Shown piece by piece: positions 44,927-54,352 of a DNA stretch of 64,000 nt. A program made the position numbers and the translations under genes. This DNA comes from Promethearchaeota archaeon (GTDB taxonomy: Archaea > Asgardarchaeota > Lokiarchaeia > Sigyniarchaeales > SOKP01), in NCBI GenBank assembly GCA_048940445.1, contig JBHLON010000002.1:64001-128000 (forward strand), read 5' to 3'. The stretch's first letter is position 1, and each line of letters begins with the position of its first letter. The notes under the pieces were generated by a model. It made no database searches and was not told the DNA's origin. It worked only from the letters and a program-made list of their open reading frames with translations.

Positions 44927-45202
44927 GTGTGTTATACGATGAAAAAATCAATTTTATCAATTATAACTCTAGTTTTTGCTTTAGTAACAGCTGTTTTTAT
45001 AGGTTTATGGTTGTATATAATTATATTTCCATTTTTTGATATGGCACAGTTGGCAGCAAATCTAGGATATTCGATACTTGATGCTGTTCCTGTCCCAGTT
45101 ATCCTTGCATATATCTTTTTAAATATCTATTTCATTTTAATGGCGGCATTTGGTATTATTACTTTGATATTAGCATTAATTACAAAAATCGTTAATCGTT
45201 AA
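44927..45202 (+). CDS. Small 2-TM membrane protein (start likely 44939)
   Basis: SD-like GAGGTG; hydrophobic. Confidence 0.65.
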   Translation: MCYTMKKSILSIITLVFALVTAVFIGLWLYIIIFPFFDMAQLAANLGYSILDAVPVPVILAYIFLNIYFILMAAFGIITLILALITKIVNR

Positions 45203-45303
45203 GGGTATAATAGAAAGCTAAATTTTTTAATAATCTTTTTTTCTTCCACTTTTGCCACTTTTATCCTAAAAAAAAAGAAACAACCCTACTTAATTTTAAA
45301 CCG

Positions 45304-45412
45304 AAAAAGCCCTTAAATGGAGCAGTTGCTTGGAGGAGTCTTATCGTTATGAATAGAGATCAAGAGATAAGGATCGTATTTCGTGAATTTATTAATAATT
45401 TTATTAAGTACC
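45304..45412 (+). pseudogene. Orphan pirin 3'-end fragment
   Basis: KPLNGAVAWRSLIVMNRDQEIRIVFREF vs KPLREPVAWRGPIVMNTDEELKIAFREF in 42595-43458. Confidence 0.8.
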
Positions 45413-45513
45413 AATTATTAGATATAATCTAAAAAAATATTAGGTGCAATTCTTTTTAATTCGTAATAAATATTAATTATAAAATCAAAATAAATAGAGA
45501 AAAGTAATCGGAA

Positions 45514-45792
45514 ATGTCTGAAGAGCCTCAGTTCCCTGATATACCGGACTTTAAAGAACGTTCCGTTCTTTAACTGGACATTGGGGAAATAGATAGAAAA
45601 GATAGGTTCATTCAAAAGAAGACAACAGTTATTAAATGTAGAGAGTGCAAGGCAAGGATGGAACGCCCTTTCAAAGCAGGAGACTATACCTTTAAAACCC
45701 TAACTGATGAAGAATGTGAGAAATGTCGCAGTAAAATGTCAACTATAGAAGAGATCTATGCTGAATGGGTAGATCCTAAAAAGATCAAATAA
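45514..45792 (+). CDS. Small Zn-ribbon protein; two exons (45514-45549 and 45580-45792), 82 aa after splicing
   Basis: MSEEPQFPDIPD|IGEIDRKDRFIQKKTTVIKCRECKARMERPFKAGDYTFKTLTDEECEKCRSKMSTIEEIYAEWVDPKKIK. Confidence 0.8.
45550..45579 (+). other. 30-nt BHB mRNA intron
   Basis: TTTAAAGAACGTTCCGTTCTTTAACTGGAC; helix CCGG/CUGG, bulges AC|U and AC|A, perfect 10-bp intron stem, exon stem UUCCCUGA/UUGGGGAA; in-frame TAA. Confidence 0.85.
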
Positions 45793-45885
45793 AATTTGTT
45801 CTATAACAACATAATTAAATCTTTTTTATAGATTATATTTTTAATAATCTTCAATTATTTTAATTTCTATAGAAAGTGAATCTTT

Positions 45886-46992
45886 TTGACAGAGAAAGAA
45901 AATAGATATATAATCAATAATTTTCATGCAAAATCTTTGGAAGATAATCCGTTAAAAAGTCCTGTTGATCGAGACATTAATATATATCTGCCCCCTGATT
46001 ATTATAAAGACATTGATGTCAAATATCCTGTGATTTATTTTCTGCATGGATATTCTGGGAATAATTGGAGTTGGACAACCAACTTTAAAAATGCAAAAGA
46101 TATTGGATTTGATTTTAATGCTGCACCACCCAATATTTTAAACAAATTAGATATTGATCGCTTATTAACTTTTGAAAAGTTAGATGAATTAATTCAAAAA
46201 GGTGAATTAAAGCCATTTATATATGTTCAACCGGATGGAAGCTTAGAAATTCCAAACAAATTCAAACGCAGAGATTTGAGAGGAAAAATAATGACAAAGG
46301 GAAGTTTTTATGTTAATTCGCCCTCTGCTGGAAATTATATGAACTATATCATAAATGATGTAATAGATTTTGTGGATTCACATTACCGAAGCATTCCAGA
46401 TAAGAATCGTAGAGCTTTAATGGGGGGTTCTATGGGTGGTTATGGGGCACTATATTTAGCTCTCCATCATCCTGATAAATTTATTGCGGTATCATTATTA
46501 AGTCCAGGAAATGTTGGCAATCTTGATAGAATAAACTGGGAATTAAGAATTCCAATATATACAGAGCTTTTTGGTGAAAAAACGTCTGCTCAGATAGGTG
46601 ATTTCGCTTGGAAAGATATCATGGATACATATGACTTGATTTTTTCGAATGTTAATAGATTAATCCCTTCTATTAAGAGAGACGAAAATGGAAATATTAT
46701 AGGGTATAATAAAGAAGCATTTAATAATTGGCAACGAAATAATCTTCTTAATTTAATAGAAAAATATCCCGAATCTCTAAAGAAAGTTCATTTACAATTA
46801 AATTGTGAAAGAACTGATGAGTTTGGTCTTGCTGATGCGGCTATTCAGCTTCATGAGAAATTAATAGAAAAGAAAATTGAGCATGATTATGAGTTGTATT
46901 CTGACCCAAAAGCAGCTCTTACACCTCATATTTTAGGAATAGGATATCATATATTACCAGGAATTAAATTTTGCTTACAATTTATAGAATAG
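45886..46992 (+). CDS. Esterase (alpha/beta hydrolase, Fes/XynY-like)
   Basis: IYLPP.Y, YPVIYFLHG, GGSMGGYGA. Confidence 0.9.
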   Translation: MTEKENRYIINNFHAKSLEDNPLKSPVDRDINIYLPPDYYKDIDVKYPVIYFLHGYSGNNWSWTTNFKNAKDIGFDFNAAPPNILNKLDIDRLLTFEKLDELIQKGELKPFIYVQPDGSLEIPNKFKRRDLRGKIMTKGSFYVNSPSAGNYMNYIINDVIDFVDSHYRSIPDKNRRALMGGSMGGYGALYLALHHPDKFIAVSLLSPGNVGNLDRINWELRIPIYTELFGEKTSAQIGDFAWKDIMDTYDLIFSNVNRLIPSIKRDENGNIIGYNKEAFNNWQRNNLLNLIEKYPESLKKVHLQLNCERTDEFGLADAAIQLHEKLIEKKIEHDYELYSDPKAALTPHILGIGYHILPGIKFCLQFIE

Positions 46993-47017
46993 TTTAAATC
47001 ATAATAGGTTTTAAGAG

Positions 47018-47971
47018 ATGATACATGTAGAATCCAGGCTGCTTAGTCCAAAAGATTGTGACACTCTTGGCTATCTCACTGTATCTTCAAGAAAAGGAAC
47101 TATACTGGAATCAGACAGAAGTGCTGAGGAGATAGCAGCCAATATTGAAACTTTAGCTAAAAATCAAGATTATGAAATATTGATAGCATTGGATGAAAAT
47201 CAAGACATCATAGGATGGATTTATTATTATGTCGCTATTCCTCCGATGGCTTTTATTAACGGTTATTTACCAATTGCAGATCAAACTCGTGAATCTGGGA
47301 ATATTATTTTAGCATTAATTAACGCATCAAAGAGAAATATTATTGAACGAGAATATACTCGGTTAGAGATTAATAATGATTTTCCTACAGATGCGCATAA
47401 ACAAATGTCAGATAGACTTCTCAATTGGTATAAAAAATGTGACTTTCAGTTTGCAGCTGAAGAAGCTCATATGAAAACGGACCTCAGAAAAATTAGAATA
47501 CCAGAAAACAGTCTACCAAATGGTTATAGCCTCCAAAGTTTTTCTGAGATTTCTTATGATCAGCTAGAAATTGCTGGATTTCAAGCGCTTCAGAATAGTA
47601 ATGATGAATTATTTATTTCTATGAGTCAATCAGAACAAAAAGTTTCTCTTAAGTATTTCTTCGACAAGTCACGCAATTTTATTAAAGAAGCATCACTTGT
47701 TCTAGAGAAGGATGGTAGGGTAGTTGGTTTTGTAATCACTCGCGTGGATGATGATATAGCAGAGATCGGCCCATTTGACCTAATTCCAGAGGTTAGAGGG
47801 CACGGTCTTGGTAATTATTTGCTTGGATGTGCTTTAAAGAACATAAAAGATGCAGGATTTGTTAGTGTATCTCTTGATGTGTCTAAATCTAATATTCCCG
47901 CGAAAATGCTTTACAATCGATATGGCTTTGAAGAACTATACTCCAAACAATTTTATTTTTGGTCACCCTAA
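47018..47971 (+). CDS. Tandem GNAT acetyltransferase
   Basis: PEVRGHGLG, N.PA..LY.RYGF. Confidence 0.85.
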   Translation: MIHVESRLLSPKDCDTLGYLTVSSRKGTILESDRSAEEIAANIETLAKNQDYEILIALDENQDIIGWIYYYVAIPPMAFINGYLPIADQTRESGNIILALINASKRNIIEREYTRLEINNDFPTDAHKQMSDRLLNWYKKCDFQFAAEEAHMKTDLRKIRIPENSLPNGYSLQSFSEISYDQLEIAGFQALQNSNDELFISMSQSEQKVSLKYFFDKSRNFIKEASLVLEKDGRVVGFVITRVDDDIAEIGPFDLIPEVRGHGLGNYLLGCALKNIKDAGFVSVSLDVSKSNIPAKMLYNRYGFEELYSKQFYFWSP

Positions 47972-48039
47972 ATTGAGGCATCCAAATGGATGAGAATCTG
48001 ATAGTTAACTAAAAATATTAACTATTAATTTTATTATCT

Positions 48040-48561
48040 ATGCTGATTGGAAAAAATGTAAATTTGAGCATCATTGAAAAAACTGATTTACCTCTCCTTA
48101 AGGAATGGATAAATGAATGTAATATTGATGGAGAATTTGAGCCAATAAATCAATTAAGTTTAACAGATATAGAAAAAGAGTTTGAGGGTAATAAGGAAGG
48201 CCAATGGTTTTTTATAGAGAAGAAAGATAAAACTAAAATTGGTTATATTGCCCACTTTCTTTCGAAATCATGTAGAGCAATTGGTTATGCCATATTATTA
48301 AATGAAAGAGCTAAGGGTTATGGATCTGAAGCCGTCCAAATGATGGTAGATTATTTATTTCTATCAAAAAATATAGTAAGGATTCAAGCTGAAACACATC
48401 CCGAAAATTTAGCATCACAGAGAGTCTTAGTTAAATCTGGTTTTACAAAGGAAGGAATAGTCAGGAAAAGCTTCTTTAGCAGAGGAGTATGGCGTGACAC
48501 GGCTTTATACAGTCTCTTAAAGGAAGAATGGAAAGAACCCAAAATTATTACAAAACTATAG
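48040..48561 (+). CDS. RimJ/RimL family GNAT
   Basis: RAKGYGSEA, NLASQRVL.K.GF..EG. Confidence 0.9.
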   Translation: MLIGKNVNLSIIEKTDLPLLKEWINECNIDGEFEPINQLSLTDIEKEFEGNKEGQWFFIEKKDKTKIGYIAHFLSKSCRAIGYAILLNERAKGYGSEAVQMMVDYLFLSKNIVRIQAETHPENLASQRVLVKSGFTKEGIVRKSFFSRGVWRDTALYSLLKEEWKEPKIITKL

Positions 48562-48582
48562 ATTTCGGATATGAGTTCCTAT

Positions 48583-48838
48583 TCAATCAATCCCAAGTAA
48601 TTTAATAATCAAATTTGTCATAGAATAGGGATCGAGGCTTTTATCCATCACTAAGTTAATATATTTCTCAATTTCGGAATTAGACGATAGTAACTTTTCT
48701 ACTTTTTTCGTTAATTTATGTTTTAAAATCTGTATTGTCTCTTTCTTTATTCTATCTTTAACATAACTTTCGATTAATCCCGTATCCTTTAAGAAAATTT
48801 TCTATTGGTTTGCTACTTCGAGAAATTCCTTGAAATTT
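48583..48838 (-). pseudogene. Orphan diverged copy of the meaB 3' end
   Basis: FLKDTGLIESYVKDRIKKETIQILKHKLTKKVEKLLSSNSEIEKYINLVMDKSLDPYSMTNLIIKLLGID*, colinear with 51153-51410; in-frame TAG at its 5' edge. Confidence 0.9.
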
Positions 48839-48995
48839 TATATACTATCCGAAATTAAGTTTTGTTTGCGGTTTATAAATTAGATAAAATCAAAAGAGCT
48901 CCTATAGATTAGATGATTTATGCACTCTTTTTATAGAAAAAGAATTTTATTGTTCGCAAAAGCTTCTTTAGTGGAAGAATATGGAGAGATAAAGG

Positions 48996-49042
48996 AAAGT
49001 GTCTACAGAGTTTACAAAAGTGTCTACAAAATTTTCAAAAGT
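48996..49042 (+). repeat. 21-bp tandem repeat (about 2.2 copies) upstream of a TATA-like box
   Basis: AAAGTGTCTACAGAGTTTACA / AAAGTGTCTACAAAATTTTCA / AAAGT. Confidence 0.7.
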
Positions 49043-49185
49043 ATTAAATATCAAAATATGATCCATAAGCTTTGATCATCTTCGATCCAATTCAATGTTT
49101 TATTTAGCGAAATTCAAAATTTTCTATGTTTAGAAGATTGAATTAGATAATTTTTTGTTTAGATGATCAATTTAAGAAAAAAAAG

Positions 49186-50058
49186 ATGTTGAAAATGAAT
49201 AGTTCTAAGACAAGAAAATTAGCTCTAGTAGTAATTGTAGTGACTTTAGTGTTCTGCTTCATACCAGTAGTTCAAGGAACAAAAACTTCAAACAAAAGTA
49301 TAACTATTTTACCAATAGAAGATTGGCTTATGGGTAATCCATTAGGTGCTGGTCCCGGGTATCTTGATCCGGATTCTATGTTGTCTCAACGATGTTTAGG
49401 TACGGTAGCAGATGCTGAATCATATGAAGGATATGTTGTTGAAAAGATACTGAATGATGGGTCACGCCATTACACAGTGAATATAGAAGTAAAAGGTGTA
49501 CCAATGGCTGTACTCGATTGGATTGCCGGAGAATGGATATTTGTAGGAATGATGGATTTTAGATATACAGCTAAATTTATCCTTGAAGAAGAAATACCTG
49601 GAGGAGAAATTTTGGATTGGGATTATGGAGATTTTGTTCTTGATGAAAATGGAAATCCGGCACCACTTATAGTACCTATTATGCCTACTGTTCCTGCAGG
49701 TAATAGGAATATGGATGGGTGGTACCTTCCATCATGGTGGATTCTTTACTTTTATCAGTACGAAATTGGGGGTTACTTTGAATGGATGGAATTTAAATCT
49801 CAAGCTTCCGGCAACTTTATAGAGCCAGGATGGTACCCCTCTCCAACTGGACCTTCTCCGGTTCTACTTGAAGAAGGAAATGTCATGGTCCATCAAATAG
49901 CAATTTACGGTTATAATCTTCCGTTGAATAATCCCAATGTGAATCAATATACCTCATGGTCTGTTCCAGAGGGTGTGCTTTACGATGGTGGACCTCTAGT
50001 ACAATCTCCTTTGTTAATGCCTGAAATGTGGCCTGTAGAGTACGTTAAATTCTATTGA
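49186..50058 (+). CDS. Secreted hypothetical protein
   Basis: Signal peptide (basic N-region, hydrophobic core, VQG); acidic, aromatic and Pro-rich. Confidence 0.8.
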   Translation: MLKMNSSKTRKLALVVIVVTLVFCFIPVVQGTKTSNKSITILPIEDWLMGNPLGAGPGYLDPDSMLSQRCLGTVADAESYEGYVVEKILNDGSRHYTVNIEVKGVPMAVLDWIAGEWIFVGMMDFRYTAKFILEEEIPGGEILDWDYGDFVLDENGNPAPLIVPIMPTVPAGNRNMDGWYLPSWWILYFYQYEIGGYFEWMEFKSQASGNFIEPGWYPSPTGPSPVLLEEGNVMVHQIAIYGYNLPLNNPNVNQYTSWSVPEGVLYDGGPLVQSPLLMPEMWPVEYVKFY

Positions 50059-50340
50059 TTTATCTAAATGTAATCAAAATACGATTAAACAAAAATAATA
50101 ACTTTCAATATAGTATATAGAATGCGGAGGAAAAAGTTTAGATAATTGGCTTCTCGAATGACCACACCTAAACTAATATTCCCCCAATCTATATATCTTT
50201 TTTTTTTTAATAAATATTGGGTCATAAGCGAAATTTTTTAGAAATAATTATGAAAAATCATGCATATAACTCTTTTTTATCTAAAATTAGAATTTTTGTA
50301 ATAGAAGATTTTTTGGGGTAATTAAATCAGTTTAAGAAAC

Positions 50341-51003
50341 TTATTCTTGAGTATTATATGAAACAAGCCAAAAATATTTAAAAAGTTTTATCTTAAAATT
50401 TTTAATTTTACTACCAAGAGTTTCGAGAATTTCTTGTTGAGTAGGAAAATTTTTCAACACTTCATATTCTCGACCATCTTCTAATTTCCTTATCTGATAA
50501 GTATTTCCATCATTATCAATTCGAATTATTGGCGTAGAGCTTTTCTTCACACGGCGATTATCAACAAAAACAACAAGAGCATCAGATTGAAGTTTTGACT
50601 GAAATAAGGTAAGAAATCCTTTTAATTTGGATTTTAATACATGAGACCACCAAAAACCAGCAAAACCTGCAGAAAAATTATTCTGAATTTTGTTTAATGA
50701 ATAAACATCATCTTGAACAAAGATTACCTTATCTGAAGGAATTTCGCGGCTTTTGGCAATTTGAAGAACTTTATTATTTATATCAACAGCAGTGATAAAT
50801 TTTGAGACAGATGCAATTGTTTTAGTCCAATAACCAGTTCCACATGCAACCTCAAGTACTATATGACCACTCAGCAGATTTTTTAGCAATTTATGAAGCT
50901 TTTTAATATCCTTTTGGCGTTCAGGTCTCAAATACGTCTTATCATATTCATATGCTCTATCTGCATAATACTGCTCGATATCTTTATCAATTTTTCTTGA
51001 CAT
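50341..51003 (-). CDS. Class I SAM-dependent methyltransferase
   Basis: VLEVACGTGYWT, GFWWSH, YEVLKNFP. Confidence 0.9.
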   Translation of the reverse strand: MSRKIDKDIEQYYADRAYEYDKTYLRPERQKDIKKLHKLLKNLLSGHIVLEVACGTGYWTKTIASVSKFITAVDINNKVLQIAKSREIPSDKVIFVQDDVYSLNKIQNNFSAGFAGFWWSHVLKSKLKGFLTLFQSKLQSDALVVFVDNRRVKKSSTPIIRIDNDGNTYQIRKLEDGREYEVLKNFPTQQEILETLGSKIKNFKIKLFKYFWLVSYNTQE

Positions 51004-51152
51004 TTATATGCAATTTTAGGTTAACTATTATTATATACTATTACCTAATCATATTTTATATTGAAATGAAAAATTTTCTAATTTTAGGGTATAACCTATT
51101 TTTTTTTAATAAATTTTTAGAAATAATCTCCCTAAAGGAAAAAAAGTTTGAA

Positions 51153-52145
51153 TTAATCGATTCCAAGTAGTTTTATTATAAGATTTGCCATAGAATAAGG
51201 ATCTAAGCTTTTGTCCATAACTAAATTAATATAGTTATTAATTTCAGAATTAGAAGAAAGCAACTTTTCTACTTTTTTTGTTAATTTATGTTTTAAAATC
51301 TGCAGTGTCTCATTCTTTATCCTATTTTTGGCATAACTATCAATTATCCCAGTATCTTTTAAGAAAGCTTTGTGTAGGTTTACCATTTCAAGAAATTGGT
51401 TAAATCCCTCCTCTGTTTTTGAATTCACTTTCACAATCTTTGGAGTCCACTGGCGGATTTTGGTATATTCTTTGGATAAATCTTGATCATCAAATTTAAA
51501 ACTAGATTCTAATTCTAACATTTGTGAAATCTCAGCTACTTTTTGGTCTGCTCCTGGAAGATCCATTTTATTAACTACAAAAATATCTGTGATTTCCATT
51601 ATTCCTGCTTTTATAGCTTGAATATCATCTCCTACTTCTGGCTGAAGTAACACAGCTACAGTTTGAGCAGACTTAAATATGTCTACTTCAGATTGACCCA
51701 CTCCTACAGTCTCCACAATAATAATATCTGATCCATAAACATCTAAGATTTTAATAACATCTTCAGTGGCTCTCGCCAATCCTCCTAATTGGCCTCTATT
51801 TGCCATGCTTCTAATGAACACATTATTCAAATTAAAATGTTCTTTCATTCTGATGCGATCCCCTAGTATTGCTCCTCCTGTAAGAGGAGATGTTGGATCG
51901 ACACAAATTATCCCGATTTTATTTCCTTGTTCTACAAGAATTTTAGTTAGAGTTGAAATAAAAGTAGATTTTCCGCTGCCTGGTGCTCCAGTTACCCCAA
52001 GAATATAACTATTTCCTGTGTATTTATATATTGAATTAATAATCTGCTCAGCAGCAATGATGTTATTCTCAACGATCGTAATTAAACGAGCTGCAGCTCG
52101 GGGGTCTTTGTTTATAAGCCTTTCGATTAGGTTTGAATAATCCAT
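51153..52145 (-). CDS. meaB: Methylmalonyl-CoA mutase-associated GTPase MeaB
   Basis: TGAPGSGKST, VDPTSP.TGGAILGDRIRM, ETVGVGQSE. Confidence 0.95.
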   Translation of the reverse strand: MDYSNLIERLINKDPRAAARLITIVENNIIAAEQIINSIYKYTGNSYILGVTGAPGSGKSTFISTLTKILVEQGNKIGIICVDPTSPLTGGAILGDRIRMKEHFNLNNVFIRSMANRGQLGGLARATEDVIKILDVYGSDIIIVETVGVGQSEVDIFKSAQTVAVLLQPEVGDDIQAIKAGIMEITDIFVVNKMDLPGADQKVAEISQMLELESSFKFDDQDLSKEYTKIRQWTPKIVKVNSKTEEGFNQFLEMVNLHKAFLKDTGIIDSYAKNRIKNETLQILKHKLTKKVEKLLSSNSEINNYINLVMDKSLDPYSMANLIIKLLGID

Positions 52146-52152
52146 CTATGGT

Positions 52153-52572
52153 TTATCTCTTAAGGTTATTCTTTACAAATTCTACAATTGTTTTTAATTC
52201 AGTACCAGGTCCATGAAAACCCTTCAGTCCATGCTTTTCTAAGAAAGGTTTATCCTCATCGGGAATAATCCCTCCTACAGCAACAAGAACATCATCTATT
52301 CCTTTTTCTTTTAATTTTTCCATTATAACTGGACATAGAGCATTATGAGCTCCTGATAACATACTTAACATAACTGCATCAGGATCCTCCTGTACAACTG
52401 TATTTACAATATCATCAGGTGTTTGATGTAATCCAGTATAAATTACTTCCATTCCTGCATCTCGTAATGCGCGAGCTAAGACTTTAGCCCCCCGATCATG
52501 TCCATCCAATCCTGGCTTACAAACAAGAACCTTTATCTTTCTTTTCTCAGTCATTTTAAAATCTCTCCTCAA
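52153..52572 (-). CDS. Methylmalonyl-CoA mutase small (cobalamin-binding) subunit
   Basis: KPGLDGHDRGAK, GGIIP. Confidence 0.95.
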   Translation of the reverse strand: MRRDFKMTEKRKIKVLVCKPGLDGHDRGAKVLARALRDAGMEVIYTGLHQTPDDIVNTVVQEDPDAVMLSMLSGAHNALCPVIMEKLKEKGIDDVLVAVGGIIPDEDKPFLEKHGLKGFHGPGTELKTIVEFVKNNLKR

Positions 52573-54203
52573 AAAATTGAGTCTTCTTGATATATTCCAA
52601 ATACTTCTTTTAAAGTTTCAATTATTTCACCAATTGAAACAGATTCTCTTACAGCATCAATAATATATGGCATTAAATTTTCAGTACCTTGTGCTGCTTT
52701 TTTAAGACTTTCTAATTTTTCTTGAACCTTCTCATTGTCTCTTTCTTGCTTTAATTTCTTTAACTTTCTTATTTGCTCTTTAGCTACCTGTTCATCAATC
52801 TTTAATAGGGGTGTAGAACAAGGTTCTCTGAAAGTCACATCATTAACTCCTACGATAATTCTTTCCTTCTTTTCCACTTCTTTTTGATATTTGTATGACG
52901 CATTTGCAATTTCTTTTTGGAAGAAATTTGCCTTAATAGCAGGAATTACTCCTCCTAACTCATCAATCCTCTGGAAATAATTTTCAGCTTCCTCTTCCAT
53001 TTTATTAGTAAGCCATTCAACATAATAACTCCCCGCAAGTGGATCCACGGTATCAGCTACTCCCGATTCGTGAGCGATAATTTGCTGTGTTCGCAATGCA
53101 ATTTTAGCTGCTTTTTCAGTTGGTAGACATAATGCTTCATCAAAAGAATTGGTATGTAACGACTGAGTACCTCCAAAAACTGCTGCTAAGGCTTGAAGTG
53201 TAACTCTAGCTATATTATTTTCAGGCTCTTGTGCTGTAAGTGAAACACCTGCAGTTTGAGTATGGAATCTGAGTCTCATTGATTCTGGATTTTTAGCATT
53301 ATATTTATTTTTCAAATGTTTAGCCCAGATCCTTCTAGCAGCTCTATATTTTGCTACTTCTTCAAAAAAATTATTATGAGAATTAAAGAAAAAGGATAAT
53401 CTTGGAGCAAAATCATCAACATTCAATCCTCTCTCCATTGCGGCTTCAACATAAGCGAAACCATCTGCCAATGTAAATGCTAATTCTTGAACAGCAGTTG
53501 AACCTGCTTCTCGAATATGGTAACCACTAATAGATATAGTATACCATTGTGGTACATACTTAGTGCAATATTCTATCGTGTCTATAATGAGTCTCATGGA
53601 CGGCTCAGGTGGAAAAATCCATGATTTTTGAGCAATATATTCTTTTAATATATCATTTTGAATTGTTCCTCTCAACTGATCCGGTTTATGCCCTTGTCTT
53701 TCAGCAGTTACTATATATAATGCTAATAGAATCGCAGCAGGGCCATTGATTGTCATAGAAGTGCTAATCTTGGAAAGATCTATTCCATCAAATAACATTT
53801 CCATATCCTTTATGGTATCAATACTTACACCTTCCTTCCCTATCTCTCCAAGCGCTTTTTCATCTGTTGCTTCAATACCATATATGGTATGTAAACTGAA
53901 AGCAACGCTTAATCCTGTTTGACCATGTTCTAATAAAAATTTATAGCGCTTATTTGTTTGTTCAGCATTCCCAAATCCCGCAAACTGTCTCATGGTCCAA
54001 AGGCGTCCACGATACATATTTTTATATACTCCACGGGTGAAAGGATATTTTCCGGGCTCTCCTAAATCAAGAACATAATTTAAATCTTTTATATCTTCAG
54101 GAGTATATAATCTCTTAATTTCGATGTCAGAAAGATTTCGGAACTTTTCTTTTCGTTCTCCTTTGGTCGGTTTTAATGTTTTTTGTTCATCTATTTCTGT
54201 CAT
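52569..54203 (-). CDS. Methylmalonyl-CoA mutase family large subunit
   Basis: PFTRG, WTMRQFAGFG, GTIQNDILKEY, ISGYHIREAG, QSLHTNSFDE. Confidence 0.95.
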   Translation of the reverse strand: MTEIDEQKTLKPTKGERKEKFRNLSDIEIKRLYTPEDIKDLNYVLDLGEPGKYPFTRGVYKNMYRGRLWTMRQFAGFGNAEQTNKRYKFLLEHGQTGLSVAFSLHTIYGIEATDEKALGEIGKEGVSIDTIKDMEMLFDGIDLSKISTSMTINGPAAILLALYIVTAERQGHKPDQLRGTIQNDILKEYIAQKSWIFPPEPSMRLIIDTIEYCTKYVPQWYTISISGYHIREAGSTAVQELAFTLADGFAYVEAAMERGLNVDDFAPRLSFFFNSHNNFFEEVAKYRAARRIWAKHLKNKYNAKNPESMRLRFHTQTAGVSLTAQEPENNIARVTLQALAAVFGGTQSLHTNSFDEALCLPTEKAAKIALRTQQIIAHESGVADTVDPLAGSYYVEWLTNKMEEEAENYFQRIDELGGVIPAIKANFFQKEIANASYKYQKEVEKKERIIVGVNDVTFREPCSTPLLKIDEQVAKEQIRKLKKLKQERDNEKVQEKLESLKKAAQGTENLMPYIIDAVRESVSIGEIIETLKEVFGIYQEDSIF

Positions 54204-54352
54204 GATAATATGCCTATTTAATCAATAATCTTAAAAATTTCTCTAAATCTCTTTAAAGATATTTAACTACAAGTTTGATAATAAAATAAATTTATTAACT
54301 TTTTTTATAAAATTAGCTCTAAATTAATTTTTTTTTCTAAAGAGTGTTTGTT

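Noticed and set aside
51470-51510. Hairpin within a loop insertion of meaB as a stop-free intron
   Set aside because: No 4-bp central helix (UCUA vs UCCA) and the second TTAA is imperfect.
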